A stretch of DNA of 64,000 nt from Deltaproteobacteria bacterium (lineage in GTDB: Bacteria; Myxococcota_A; Polyangia; Polyangiales; JADJMO01): NCBI GenBank assembly GCA_016182965.1, contig JACPFM010000006.1, forward strand, positions 9,160-73,159. Direction: 5' to 3'. The position numbers were made by a program, and so were the translations under genes. Shown piece by piece: positions 64,000-64,000 of the stretch. The notes below the pieces were generated by a model. That model was not told where the DNA came from, did not search any database, and worked only from the letters and a program-made list of their open reading frames with translations. Each line of letters starts with the position of its first letter. Positions within the stretch are counted from its first letter, which is position 1.

Positions 64000-64000
64000 G

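Overview
Very GC-rich, gene-dense chromosomal window with strong GC3 codon bias. It looks myxobacterial (Sorangiineae/Polyangiales-like): a MYXO-CTERM sorting tail, four Hanks-type Ser/Thr kinases, an FHA-sigma54 activator and many Cys-rich lipoproteins. All family calls come from motifs read by eye, not from searches. I support about 55 CDS. In order they are: a radical-SAM/SPASM enzyme; a MacA/MacB-type efflux set; a divergent FHA-sigma54 activator and a kinase-TPR/PEGA-RCC1 lipoprotein operon; a frameshifted MYXO-CTERM beta-helix gene; MarC; GH13 amylase 1; a secreted DRGH nuclease; a metallophosphoesterase; a nucleotidyltransferase; a CPA2 antiporter; a maltoporin-like porin plus GH13 amylase 2; a receiver-kinase-Zn-ribbon operon divergent from a yaiO-type synthase-dependent exopolysaccharide operon (TPR/beta-barrel, HEAT, GT2, lipoprotein, deacetylase); a second kinase module; a PRTase/CBS/ppsA/lipid-kinase/CBS/CBS cluster; malK plus a fused malE-malF plus malG; then a patchy accessory region (51.2-60.9 kb); a GT1; an ECF sigma; and a Cys-rich lipoprotein. 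The accessory region holds a Uma2 nuclease, a HAF-repeat lipoprotein, a TPR/SUKH-like protein, three gene remnants, a large PKD lipoprotein and three copies of a short hairpin element. I recognised no rRNA, tRNA, CRISPR, transposase or integrase. Most long ORFs antisense to these genes are high-GC artefacts. The non-coding DNA is unusually structured: heptamer arrays start a few nt after stop codons, a roughly 257-bp MITE-like nested palindrome sits between convergent genes, and there are good sigma54-type promoter matches. The most second-look-worthy items are the repeated element and decayed polymorphic-toxin patch, the non-canonical EPS locus, and the repeat families.
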